Assembly (NCBI GenBank): GCA_035389045.1
Contig: DAOORA010000046.1
Coordinates: 1 to 35,590, forward strand
Origin: Bacteroidales bacterium
Lineage (GTDB): Bacteria > Bacteroidota > Bacteroidia > Bacteroidales > CAIWKO01
Direction of reading: 5' to 3'
DNA: 35,590 nucleotides
Positions 1 through 9,418 of the stretch are shown in pieces; position 1 is the stretch's first letter, and each line of letters opens with the position of its first letter. Under the pieces are notes generated by a model. The model had not been told where the DNA came from, made no database searches, and saw only the letters and a list, made by a program, of their open reading frames with translations. A program made the translations under genes and the position numbers.

Positions 1-195
1 AAATTAAACATCAAAAAAATCTGCGAAACTTAAGTTTATAATAGTGCCGATTTGGCTGTTAGTGTTGTAACGACAGGCCAAAAGGTACGCGCGGCAGTCA
101 GTCGTACCACCACTACAGCCACAATAGTTGCGCGAAGGCATATGTGGCATTCAGCTCTGCAGCCTCTAATGTTACAGGGCAGAGCGCATGTAAAA

Positions 196-2136
196 CTAAG
201 GCTGTAACGCTTTCAGGTATGCGGGATTGACCTCGGCGCCCGATTTCTGTGCCGTCAGTGCATCGGCCAGCGCCCGTGATTTGTCCTGAAGACCGTACCA
301 TGAATAGGAGCGCGAAAGATAATAAATTCCGCTGGGGTCAAGGTTGATGGCCTTATCAAAATCTTCCAGCGATTCTTTAAATTTTTTCAGACGTTGTTTG
401 TTTACACCGATATTGTTATAAATACTTGCATCGTCGGGTTTTATTTTCAGGTACTGATAGTAATCTGCTATGGCTTCTTCATACCTGCCCAGCATCTCGT
501 AGGTCAGCGCCCGGTTCGAATACGTATTTTCTTTATTGGGATTCAATTGAAGGGCTATGTTAAAATCTTTCAGGGCGTCTTCATAATGTCCGGTGCGGGC
601 CAGCGCCGAACCCCGGTTGCCCCAGGTTTCAGGGTTTTTCGGATCAAGTTCAAGGGCTCTGTTGAAATCCAGTATGGCCAGGCTGTCTTTATTGGTGAAA
701 AAATATAAAGCGCCCCGGTTGTGGAATGCCAGCGCATAGGTGGGATCCGTCTGTATGGCGTTGTTGTAATCTGCCAGCGCCTTGTCGTACTCCTTTCGCT
801 GACGGTATTCATAACCCCTGTTGACCCACATCAGTGGTACAGGGTATTTGTCGACCACATCGGTGGTGATACTGATGGTGTTTTTCCAGACCTTATTACG
901 GCTATATGTCAACACAGAAGTGATAAAAAAGAAAACGATGAAGGCAGCCATAACAAGCACTGGTTTAACCAGTTTTTTTTCCATCAGCCGGTTCAGGCCT
1001 GCTGCCACCATGAAAAAAATGCCTATGCTGCCCAGGTAAACGTATCGGTCGGCCATAACGGTAGGGCGGACGGCAACCACCTGAAGCGCCAGGGAGAAGA
1101 TCATGTTTATCAGAAAGAAAAGTCCCCCGAAGATGATGAATTTGTTTTTCATTTTTATGGCCCAGGCATACAACCCGCAAAGGATCAGCAAAGCCAGGGG
1201 AAACAGCAGATACAGCGCCATGGACTTATGGAGCGAAAAATAGGGATAGTATAGCGATAATTTGAAAGGAACAAATAGTTTCACGATATACATGCATAAT
1301 GCGTAGCTGGCGTAGATCATCCGGTCATAAAAACCAAAAGTTGTGGTTATTATGATGTCTTTGTTCGATTTGGTAGCCGCCATGGTCACCAACCCAAAAG
1401 CCAGTGAAATAAGAAAGTAGGGGAGTTTTTCGAGTATCACTTTCCGGCTGATGAGTTTACGCTTGTAATAAATATCTGTGGCAACGATGGCCAGGGATAG
1501 TGATACCGCCTGTTCTTTACAAAAGCAGGAGATAAAAAACATGAGTATCGAAAGGATGAAATACCGTATTTTTTTTGTTTTAAGATATTGAACATACAGG
1601 ATCAGTGAGGAAAGGAAAAAAATACTGTACAGGCATGTTTTATATACAGCGGCCAGCCAGGCAACCGATTCGACCTGCAGGGTGGCGATACCGAACAATG
1701 CGGCGGTAGCAAAAGCAACGCGGAAATTCTGGCCCAGCGACCAGATAAATTTAAAAACGAGCATGGTGGTGATCAGGTGCATCAATACGGCTATCAGGTT
1801 GTACAGGAATGGGTTGAACCCCGTGGCCATCCGAATCAATCCATAAACCAGGGTAGGGACAGGAGAATACTGTGCTTCATAAAAACTGCTGAAAATGTAG
1901 GGCAGGTGTGAGAAACTGAAATTCGCGATGTTGGGATTTTTGGTGATGTACAGGTCATCATCATAGTTGATGAAATCTTTGTTCAGGGCCGGCAGGTATG
2001 CGATAAAAATGGCCACAAGCAATGCCAGAAGTATCAGAAGCTGTTGCTTGCTGAACTGGGCAGACTCATTTTTTTTGCGAACCGTAGTTTTTTGCAGTTT
2101 GGTTTTTTGAATTTGTTTGTTCTTATGCTGGCTCAT
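196..2136 (-). CDS. TMTC-like (GT-C-type) polytopic membrane protein with C-terminal TPR repeats
   Basis: 646 aa; acidic loop after TM1 (FINYDDDLYI), many hydrophobic helices, VESVAW and ADRYVY motifs, then tandem TPRs (e.g. ALAFHNRGALY, ETWGNRGSAL, TYSNRALTY). Confidence 0.8.
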   Translation of the reverse strand: MSQHKNKQIQKTKLQKTTVRKKNESAQFSKQQLLILLALLVAIFIAYLPALNKDFINYDDDLYITKNPNIANFSFSHLPYIFSSFYEAQYSPVPTLVYGLIRMATGFNPFLYNLIAVLMHLITTMLVFKFIWSLGQNFRVAFATAALFGIATLQVESVAWLAAVYKTCLYSIFFLSSLILYVQYLKTKKIRYFILSILMFFISCFCKEQAVSLSLAIVATDIYYKRKLISRKVILEKLPYFLISLAFGLVTMAATKSNKDIIITTTFGFYDRMIYASYALCMYIVKLFVPFKLSLYYPYFSLHKSMALYLLFPLALLILCGLYAWAIKMKNKFIIFGGLFFLINMIFSLALQVVAVRPTVMADRYVYLGSIGIFFMVAAGLNRLMEKKLVKPVLVMAAFIVFFFITSVLTYSRNKVWKNTISITTDVVDKYPVPLMWVNRGYEYRQRKEYDKALADYNNAIQTDPTYALAFHNRGALYFFTNKDSLAILDFNRALELDPKNPETWGNRGSALARTGHYEDALKDFNIALQLNPNKENTYSNRALTYEMLGRYEEAIADYYQYLKIKPDDASIYNNIGVNKQRLKKFKESLEDFDKAINLDPSGIYYLSRSYSWYGLQDKSRALADALTAQKSGAEVNPAYLKALQP

Positions 2137-2159
2137 GCAATGCTAAAGTTTTGTCCTGA

Positions 2160-2167
2160 CAAACATA
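2160..2167 (-). promoter_or_regulatory. Bacteroidota -7 promoter box (TATGTTTG)
   Basis: Matches TAnnTTTG, 23 nt upstream of the ATG at 2136. Confidence 0.55.
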
Positions 2168-2516
2168 ATGAAAATCCCGGAATAATATCGTGATGATTTT
2201 TCAATAAATGTGTGAAATGCCTCAGTAAGAAAATCTGTTGTCTAAACTATGTGCGAAATGCACTCTGAGGAGTATCCTCGTGGCCCACCTCGTATAAAAA
2301 TAATTCCCTTTTATAAAAAATATTTTATTATTTTTGATTTTAAAAGACAAAATTTTATTTTTCAGAATTTTACATTACAGATACAGTAAAATTTATGCTG
2401 GTGGTATGATGTTGTCATATTTATAGATAAGTTGTGCCTCATGCTAAGAAAACCGACAGTGTACCAAATGACAGGAAAAATGATTAAATTTGTTGATTAA
2501 AGTACAAGGAATTAGA

Positions 2517-3191
2517 ATGAAAGAAAAACTGACAATAGACAAACTAAAAACAGAAGCCAAAGCGTTTTGCATTGCAGAATCGAAAATTCAAAATAAATCA
2601 CTTTTTGGGGTAACTGACGGAAAAGCAGTAGGAACACATATCGAACATAAGTTTCAAGAGCAATTAAACTCAAAATACAAAACAACAATTGGTTCATCCG
2701 CAAATGGAATTGATTTACCATCAGAAGAAGTTTTGACAGATATTAAGGTTACATCAATTAAACAACCGCAATCATCTTGTCCGTTTAAAGATGCAAAACA
2801 AAAGATTTTTGGACTTGGGTACAACTTACTTGTTTTTGTTTACGACAAAATAGATGACCCAAAAACAAAAACCGCTAAACTTGACTTTGTTAGTTGCTCA
2901 TTTATTTCAAAAGAACGGACAGCCGATTATACAACAACGTATCGTTTACGTGAAATGATAAAGGATAAGGCTAATGTTGAAGATATTGTTGCATACCTGA
3001 ACGATAAAAATATTCCAGCCGATGAAATAACTCTGAATCAGTTGGCAAAACAAATTCTGAAAACGCCGCCAGTTCAAGGATATTTGACCATTTCAAACGC
3101 TTTACAATGGCGACTTCAATACCAGAGAGTTGTTGCACTTGACAAGGCAGTACAAGGAATTAGTAAAGTAATTGATAAAGTGGCCAAGTAA
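2517..3191 (+). CDS. Putative type II restriction endonuclease (PD-(D/E)xK fold)
   Basis: GVTDGKAVGTHIEHKF followed by GIDLP...TDIKVTS catalytic-type motif; stop overlaps the MTase start (TAATG); ATG 2517 preferred over TTG 2490. Confidence 0.75.
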   Translation: MKEKLTIDKLKTEAKAFCIAESKIQNKSLFGVTDGKAVGTHIEHKFQEQLNSKYKTTIGSSANGIDLPSEEVLTDIKVTSIKQPQSSCPFKDAKQKIFGLGYNLLVFVYDKIDDPKTKTAKLDFVSCSFISKERTADYTTTYRLREMIKDKANVEDIVAYLNDKNIPADEITLNQLAKQILKTPPVQGYLTISNALQWRLQYQRVVALDKAVQGISKVIDKVAK

Positions 3192-4960
3192 TGAGAATAT
3201 TTGAAGCAAATATTTCATTGCAAGTTTGCACGTTTTTAAAAGTCTTTTTAAACAATACTTCGTCTTTTGAACATGCCAATCAAAAAATGTTAAATGCCTT
3301 TGGCATCAATATTTTTTTTGAAAATGATGATGATTTTCAAGGACTGAAAGAATCTGTTTCTATTGTTGCCACAAGTTCAGTTGAAGAGCCTGACCGTGCA
3401 GAATATGGAGATTTCCAAACTAATAAAGATTTAGCAAATAAGGTTGCAAAGCATTTGGTAAAAAGGAATATATCCCCTGAAATTGTTATTGAGCCAACAT
3501 GCGGAAAAGGTAATTTTATAATTGCTTCTTTATCTAATTTGAAGGCGGTTAAGAAAGTATTTGGAATCGAAATTTACAAACCTTACGTTTGGGAAACTAA
3601 ATTTAGTATTCTCGATTTTTTTCTTTCAAATCCCGACAGTAACAAACCAGAAATAACAATCATACATGGCAGTATTTTCGATTTTGATTTTAAAAATATT
3701 TCTAAACAGTTTCCAACTGAAAAATTATTAATAATTGGAAATCCACCTTGGGTAACAAACTCAAAATTAGGTAGTCTAAATTCGTCTAATCTTCCAAAAA
3801 AATCAAATTTCAAGAACCAAAACGGGTTAGATGCAATGACAGGCAAAGGTAATTTTGATATTGCCGAATATATTACTTTAATGCTTTTAGATGCTTTTCA
3901 AACTCATAACGGTTATTTGGCGCTATTGGTAAAAAACTCAGTGGTAAAAAACATCGTTTTTGACCAAAAAGACAAATGGTATAGAGTTGGTGAAATTGAA
4001 AAATATTGCATTGATAGTAAAAAGGAATTTAATGTTTCAGTTGAAGCATCGTTGCTTTATTGTCAACTCAATTCAACCCCAAGTTTTGAATGTATTGAAT
4101 TTGATTTTTATAGTTCAGAGAAAAAATCAAGTTTTGGATGGCTTAATACTAAGTTTGTATCTAATCTTGCTGATTATAATGAAACGAAAGAGATTGATGG
4201 CGTATCTCCTTTTGAGTGGAGGCAAGGCATAAAGCACGATTGTTCAAGTGTAATGGAGTTAGAAAGAATAAACGGTCATTTTATAAATAAACTTTCGGAA
4301 GAAATCACACTTGAAGAAGATTTAATATATGGGTTTCTAAAAAGTTCTGATTTAAAAAATACAGTAATTAAAAATACAAGAAAACATGTTATTGTAACTC
4401 AAACAAAAGTAGGACAGGAAACTTCGTATATTCAACATTTGTATCCTGATACTTACAATTATTTAAAAGCAAACATTTCTTCTTTTCAAGCAAGGAAATC
4501 CGGTATTTATAAAGGAAAACCGTTGTTCTCAATTTTTGGAATAGGAGATTATTCTTTTAAACCCTACAAAGTGGCAATTTCAGGTTTGTACAAAACATAT
4601 CATTTTACATTAGTATTGCCACAAAATGACAAACCTGTAATGTTAGACGATACTTGTTATTTTATAGGATTTGATAAAATTGAATTTGCTGTTTATGCAA
4701 TCATACTTCTCAATTATAGAAAATCAGAGGAATTTTTGAAATCAATTACGTTTTCTGATGCAAAAAGAGTTTTTACCAAAGACCTTTTAATGCGCTTGGA
4801 TTTATTAAGTATCTCTAAGGCTATCACACAAAAAGAAATTGAAGAAGAGATAATTTATTTAAACGACAAATATAGTTTAAGTGTAAACCTTTCTCATTGG
4901 GACAGTTTTATTAACGAAATGACACCTAAGAAAGAAAAACAATTGAAAATGTTCAATTGA
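3191..4960 (+). CDS. N6-adenine DNA methyltransferase, gamma-class motif order
   Basis: Motif X-like YGDFQT, SAM-binding motif I EPTCGKGNF, catalytic motif IV GNPPW, long C-terminal target-recognition region. Confidence 0.88.
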   Translation: MRIFEANISLQVCTFLKVFLNNTSSFEHANQKMLNAFGINIFFENDDDFQGLKESVSIVATSSVEEPDRAEYGDFQTNKDLANKVAKHLVKRNISPEIVIEPTCGKGNFIIASLSNLKAVKKVFGIEIYKPYVWETKFSILDFFLSNPDSNKPEITIIHGSIFDFDFKNISKQFPTEKLLIIGNPPWVTNSKLGSLNSSNLPKKSNFKNQNGLDAMTGKGNFDIAEYITLMLLDAFQTHNGYLALLVKNSVVKNIVFDQKDKWYRVGEIEKYCIDSKKEFNVSVEASLLYCQLNSTPSFECIEFDFYSSEKKSSFGWLNTKFVSNLADYNETKEIDGVSPFEWRQGIKHDCSSVMELERINGHFINKLSEEITLEEDLIYGFLKSSDLKNTVIKNTRKHVIVTQTKVGQETSYIQHLYPDTYNYLKANISSFQARKSGIYKGKPLFSIFGIGDYSFKPYKVAISGLYKTYHFTLVLPQNDKPVMLDDTCYFIGFDKIEFAVYAIILLNYRKSEEFLKSITFSDAKRVFTKDLLMRLDLLSISKAITQKEIEEEIIYLNDKYSLSVNLSHWDSFINEMTPKKEKQLKMFN

Positions 4961-5007
4961 AAAGAAAGCACGAAGGCATGGCACAGCCGTTAGTTTTATT
5001 AAATATA

Positions 5008-6645
5008 ATGATGAGAAACTTATTCCATATTCTGCCTATTACTTTTTTTCTATTTTCTTCATTGAGTTTTTCGCAAACCATTGAATGGGGAATTAAAATT
5101 GGTGGATCATATGAGGATGTAGCATTTGATATAGTTAAAGATTCTTCGGGAAATACCTATGTTACAGGTGGATTTTCAAATTCAGTTAATTTCAACCCTA
5201 ATGGTTCACCTTATTTAATTAATGCAATTGGTGTAAATTCAAGTGATGCGTATATTGCAAAGTATAATAAATATTTTGATCTATTATGGGCATTTTCATT
5301 AGGCACCAGTTCTTGGGAAAAAGGAGCAAAACTATTGGTTGATGATTCTTTAAATGTTTATTTGATAGGAGAAGGTTTTGGAAATATTGATTTTGATCCT
5401 TCGATCGGTACAAATTTCTTTGATTGTTCTCCTACAAACGCATTCATAGCTAAATATAATAAAGATGGAGTTTTTAAAGCTGTTAACCGCATTTCATCAA
5501 TTTCAATGTACCCTCCCAATTCTAATGTTTTTTTTGATAATCAAAATAATATTTTTACGTATTCAAATGATACTTTGTCAAAATTTAATTTCAATCTACA
5601 GTTGATATGGAAAAAAAGTATAGGGGGAAACCCTGAACTATTCAATAAATCCGAGTTCTATTCTATTAAGAATTTCAAAACTCCATTTTATTCTATTAAT
5701 ACCGATCAGAATAATTTGTTTTTAGAAAAGTATGATAATATAACTGGAAATTTAACTTATAGCAAACAGTGTGCATTAGCTAACGGTTTTATCAGTGGAG
5801 GTTTTATAAAAAAAACAAAGAATGATAAGCTAATAGTTTCTGGAAAATTTTGGGGAACTGTGTCTTTTTATGGTAATAATGATACGGTTTCTGTATCAAA
5901 TTCAGATATGGGGTATAATCCCTGGGGACAATATCCACTGGAGCGTGAATTTATAGCGTTGTATGATACCTTAGAAAATATTCTTTGGGTTAAAGCCTAT
6001 GATGGAACAAGTCCGGAGCCATATATTATTGAGACTGACAATGATGGGTATATATACACTCTTGGTTTTATAAACTTCGATGCTAATTTTGACCCGGATC
6101 ATAGTGTGATCATAAATAATGGAGGCTATGGTAACTATATTGCAAAATATGACAGTAATTTTACATATTGTGCTGTCTCGCAATTTTTGGGTGGAAGCTA
6201 CAATGACTTCATTGGTGGATTTAAACTATATAATGATACGGCTGTAATGTGTGGTCATTTTTTTAATACGATAGACCTTGATTTATCCGCTTCAAATTTT
6301 TCTCTGTTCTCAAGCCCTCCTGAGGATATTTTTGTGGCTAGATATTCCAACTTTGACATTGTGACAAATCCCGCTTTAGTACCTGAAAACACTAAGAGTT
6401 TTCCTGTAATTAGGGTTTATCCAAACCCTTCAAACGGTTTTTTTGAATTGGAGATAAATTCATTATCGGAAAATACTATAATTGAAGTTTATGACATAAA
6501 AGGGAATGTTTTATTATCTAAAAAGACAATTGAAAGCATTGAAAGAATTGACTTGTCAAATTATCCATCATCAATCTATATTCTTAGTATGAAAACAGAA
6601 ACCTCAATTGTTACAAAGAGAATTATAAAAATTAACAAAAGATAA
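5008..6645 (+). CDS. T9SS type A sorting-domain protein with beta-propeller (SBBP-like) repeats
   Basis: Signal peptide (..LSFSQ), repeats DSSGNTYVTG / DAYIAKY / LLWA, C-terminal VYPNP...IEVYDIKG...SIYIL...KRIIK domain. Confidence 0.82.
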   Translation: MMRNLFHILPITFFLFSSLSFSQTIEWGIKIGGSYEDVAFDIVKDSSGNTYVTGGFSNSVNFNPNGSPYLINAIGVNSSDAYIAKYNKYFDLLWAFSLGTSSWEKGAKLLVDDSLNVYLIGEGFGNIDFDPSIGTNFFDCSPTNAFIAKYNKDGVFKAVNRISSISMYPPNSNVFFDNQNNIFTYSNDTLSKFNFNLQLIWKKSIGGNPELFNKSEFYSIKNFKTPFYSINTDQNNLFLEKYDNITGNLTYSKQCALANGFISGGFIKKTKNDKLIVSGKFWGTVSFYGNNDTVSVSNSDMGYNPWGQYPLEREFIALYDTLENILWVKAYDGTSPEPYIIETDNDGYIYTLGFINFDANFDPDHSVIINNGGYGNYIAKYDSNFTYCAVSQFLGGSYNDFIGGFKLYNDTAVMCGHFFNTIDLDLSASNFSLFSSPPEDIFVARYSNFDIVTNPALVPENTKSFPVIRVYPNPSNGFFELEINSLSENTIIEVYDIKGNVLLSKKTIESIERIDLSNYPSSIYILSMKTETSIVTKRIIKINKR

Positions 6646-6674
6646 CATATAGCGCGATGGCCGAAAAACTCCTG

Positions 6675-6717
6675 CAAAAAAGCCCGAAAGATGTAACACA
6701 CTTTTCGGTTTTTTTTG
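6675..6717. terminator. Probable bidirectional intrinsic terminator
   Basis: caaaaaagc-ccgaaag ... cttttcgg-tttttttg imperfect hairpin with A and T tracts, between convergent genes. Confidence 0.5.
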
Positions 6718-6850
6718 ACTATCAGGCGTTTGCTGTCAGTAACGGGACAGAAGCTCATTTGACAGTGACGTGCACATTGAAACCTTTGTTTTGTAGAAAA
6801 TTCTGTACTGAAATTGCCACCGAACAACAACTGCTGACCTTTTTTCCTAT

Positions 6851-8122
6851 TTACCGGCTTACCTTCCTTCTATTCCTGAACGACCGTGAAGGATCATTTT
6901 TTTCCCTCATATTTGCACCGGAATTGTTTCGTTGTGGGTTGGATGGCCGGGTCCGTAGTTGTCTCGGGGCCTTTACCGGATGGAGATCCACCAGCGGATA
7001 AGGATGTCCCTCGATTACCGGAATCTTTTTTCCGATAAGTTTCTCAATGTCGCGCAGGTATTCTTTTTCTTCTGCATCGCAGAATGAATAAGCGGTGCCT
7101 TCCGCGCCGGCCCTTGCAGTACGGCCTATGCGGTGGACATAGGTTTCGGGCATATTTGAAATTTCGAAATTGATGACACATTCCATGTTTTCCACGTCGA
7201 TGCCGCGTGAGGCAATGTCTGTCGCGACCAGCACCCTTGTTGTTTGAGCTTTGAAATTTGTCAGGGCATTCTGACGGGCATTCTGGCTTTTATTGCTGTG
7301 GATGGCTTCGGCTTTGATCTTGTTTTTCGAAAGCAGCCTCACCACCTTGTCGGCGCCGTGTTTGGTGCGGGTGAACACCAGTGCGGTTTTGATCTTTTGG
7401 TCATGCAGCAGGTCCAGCAGCAGGGCTGTTTTATTTCCTTTGTCAACAAAATAGATATACTGTTTGACGGTATCTACGGTAGATGCTGATGGTGTTACTT
7501 CGACCTTGAGAGGCATATTTAATATTGAACCTGAAAGTTTAATGATTTCGGGAGGCATGGTGGCAGAGAAAAAAAGCGACTGTCGTTTGCCGGGCAGCGA
7601 GGAGATGATTTTTTTTACATCATGAATAAAGCCCATGTCGAGCATACGGTCGGCTTCGTCGAGTACAAAGATTTCGACGTCGCGTAATGTTATAAATCCC
7701 TGGTTCATCAGGTCGAGAAGTCTGCCGGGAGTTGCAACAAGGATGTCCACACCCTGGCGTAAGGCTGTGGTTTGCGGGTTCTGGTTTACTCCGCCGAAAA
7801 TTACGGCGCTTTTTAACCCGGTAAACCGGCCATAGGCAGTGAAACTATCGTTGATCTGTATCGCAAGTTCGCGGGTGGGCGTCACGATGAGGCTTCTTAT
7901 TTTTCTTTTTCTGTCGTAGGTTTTCGTATCATGTAAAATTTGTAAGATCGGCACCGCAAAAGCAGCGGTTTTTCCGGTTCCTGTCTGGGCACAGCCCAGC
8001 AGGTCTTTACCGTTAAGTACGATGGGGATGGCTTCCTGTTGAATGGGCGTGGGGGTGGTGTATCCTTCTTGTTGTAATGACCTGAGGATAGGGTCAATAA
8101 TGTTTAATTGTTGAAATTGCAT
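6851..8122 (-). CDS. rhlE: DEAD-box RNA helicase, RhlE-like
   Basis: Q motif (PTPIQ), AQTGTGKT, PTRELA, TPGRLLD, DEAD, SAT, HRIGRTAR. Confidence 0.9.
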   Translation of the reverse strand: MQFQQLNIIDPILRSLQQEGYTTPTPIQQEAIPIVLNGKDLLGCAQTGTGKTAAFAVPILQILHDTKTYDRKRKIRSLIVTPTRELAIQINDSFTAYGRFTGLKSAVIFGGVNQNPQTTALRQGVDILVATPGRLLDLMNQGFITLRDVEIFVLDEADRMLDMGFIHDVKKIISSLPGKRQSLFFSATMPPEIIKLSGSILNMPLKVEVTPSASTVDTVKQYIYFVDKGNKTALLLDLLHDQKIKTALVFTRTKHGADKVVRLLSKNKIKAEAIHSNKSQNARQNALTNFKAQTTRVLVATDIASRGIDVENMECVINFEISNMPETYVHRIGRTARAGAEGTAYSFCDAEEKEYLRDIEKLIGKKIPVIEGHPYPLVDLHPVKAPRQLRTRPSNPQRNNSGANMREKNDPSRSFRNRRKVSR

Positions 8123-8202
8123 AAATTTAATAAGGTGTGAATTTTTCGAACCAAAACCTGGCTGTAGTAGGAGGGAAATGTTGAAAAGTGAATTTTGAGC
8201 TG

Positions 8203-8210
8203 CAAAGATA
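8203..8210 (-). promoter_or_regulatory. Bacteroidota -7 promoter box (TATCTTTG)
   Basis: TAnnTTTG match 80 nt upstream of the helicase start. Confidence 0.6.
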
Positions 8211-8324
8211 CAACTATTAATTGGTATTACAAGTATTTAAAAAATATATATGTCAATTTTTGTTATTGTAAACACCCGGAATGCTTTATTGCGTGGATTT
8301 TGCCCGGGATAGAAAAATTATTTT

Positions 8325-9365
8325 CTAATCCTTGACACAACGGACAGCACATCCATACTTTTTATAATCCGCCTCAAAAGCCACATCTGCGGCGCTGAAT
8401 ACCATTCGTGCCGCCCATGCCAGGTCGGGGCTGCCTTCTGAGGAACACCACCACAGGGCCTGGTAGGTTTTGTTTGAAAACGTCCCCCATAGGTTGCGGT
8501 AGCCGGAAGGCAGGGCGGTAAATCCAACTTCGTTGGTAGCGCCGCTGTTCGGGATACACCAATGTGCAGACCCCGCCTCTTTTAGTTTTCCTCCTGCCAC
8601 GCTTTCACCACCGAGATAAGAGATCAGCGTGTACCAGTCTGCATAGCTGGATATGTGCCACCCTTCGGGGGCCAGCTTGCGGCTGTCGTTTACAGCAAAC
8701 CAGTTGTACAAACGGCCATAGGTATCCGCATTCAAAACATCATTATTATAATTACAGTAGGCTCCTGTGCCTAAAACCTCCCAATTTGCGTTTGTACTTA
8801 CATTGGGAATGGAGACGCCATTACGGTATTTGGTCGTTTTCAGGTTCTCCAGCATCCATACCTGCGTGCCTATGGTGATGGTGTGATAGACATTTCCTTC
8901 CACATCGGTGATCGTTGCCCAGCTTGCATCTTTGGTGGTAAATGTAATTTCGTTCCCGTAGGCCGTTCCGGCGCTGTTGGTGGCGTAAGCACGCAGATAA
9001 TAGGTGGTGTTAGACGTCAGCCCGGTGACAGTACTTGCGAAACTTCCGGCGCCTGCTCCGTCGCTGGTTGTTGCGTTGGCCGTGGTCGGCGAAGGGTTGG
9101 CGCTCCAGCAAACCCCGCGGGTAGTCACCGTGGCACCCCCGTCAGAAGTTATCTTACCACCGCAGCGGACAGAGGTATGAGTTATGTTACCGGCAGTGTC
9201 GGTTGTGAGCACAGGAACCTGAATTTTTGTGCTGTTATCGGGGGGCGTTTCATCGTTGGGATCATTTTTTTTACATCCGTGAACTACGACCAAAAAAATG
9301 GCTAATAGTATTACAGGTATTTGGAAAAAAATTGTTTTCTTTTGCATGATTTTATTGAATTTCAT
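8325..9365 (-). CDS. Fib_succ_major (FISUMP) domain lipoprotein with an FN3-like domain
   Basis: Lipobox VVHGC; RGVCWS...YYLRAYATNSAGTAYG; DVEGNVYHTITIGTQVWMLENL, YGRLYNW, terminal VRCVKD. Start could also be 9368 or 9347. Confidence 0.88.
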   Translation of the reverse strand: MKFNKIMQKKTIFFQIPVILLAIFLVVVHGCKKNDPNDETPPDNSTKIQVPVLTTDTAGNITHTSVRCGGKITSDGGATVTTRGVCWSANPSPTTANATTSDGAGAGSFASTVTGLTSNTTYYLRAYATNSAGTAYGNEITFTTKDASWATITDVEGNVYHTITIGTQVWMLENLKTTKYRNGVSIPNVSTNANWEVLGTGAYCNYNNDVLNADTYGRLYNWFAVNDSRKLAPEGWHISSYADWYTLISYLGGESVAGGKLKEAGSAHWCIPNSGATNEVGFTALPSGYRNLWGTFSNKTYQALWWCSSEGSPDLAWAARMVFSAADVAFEADYKKYGCAVRCVKD

Positions 9366-9418
9366 CACTTTCTATTGATTAATTGACAGCCGTGGCACCT
9401 GATGCGGGTAATCTTTAT

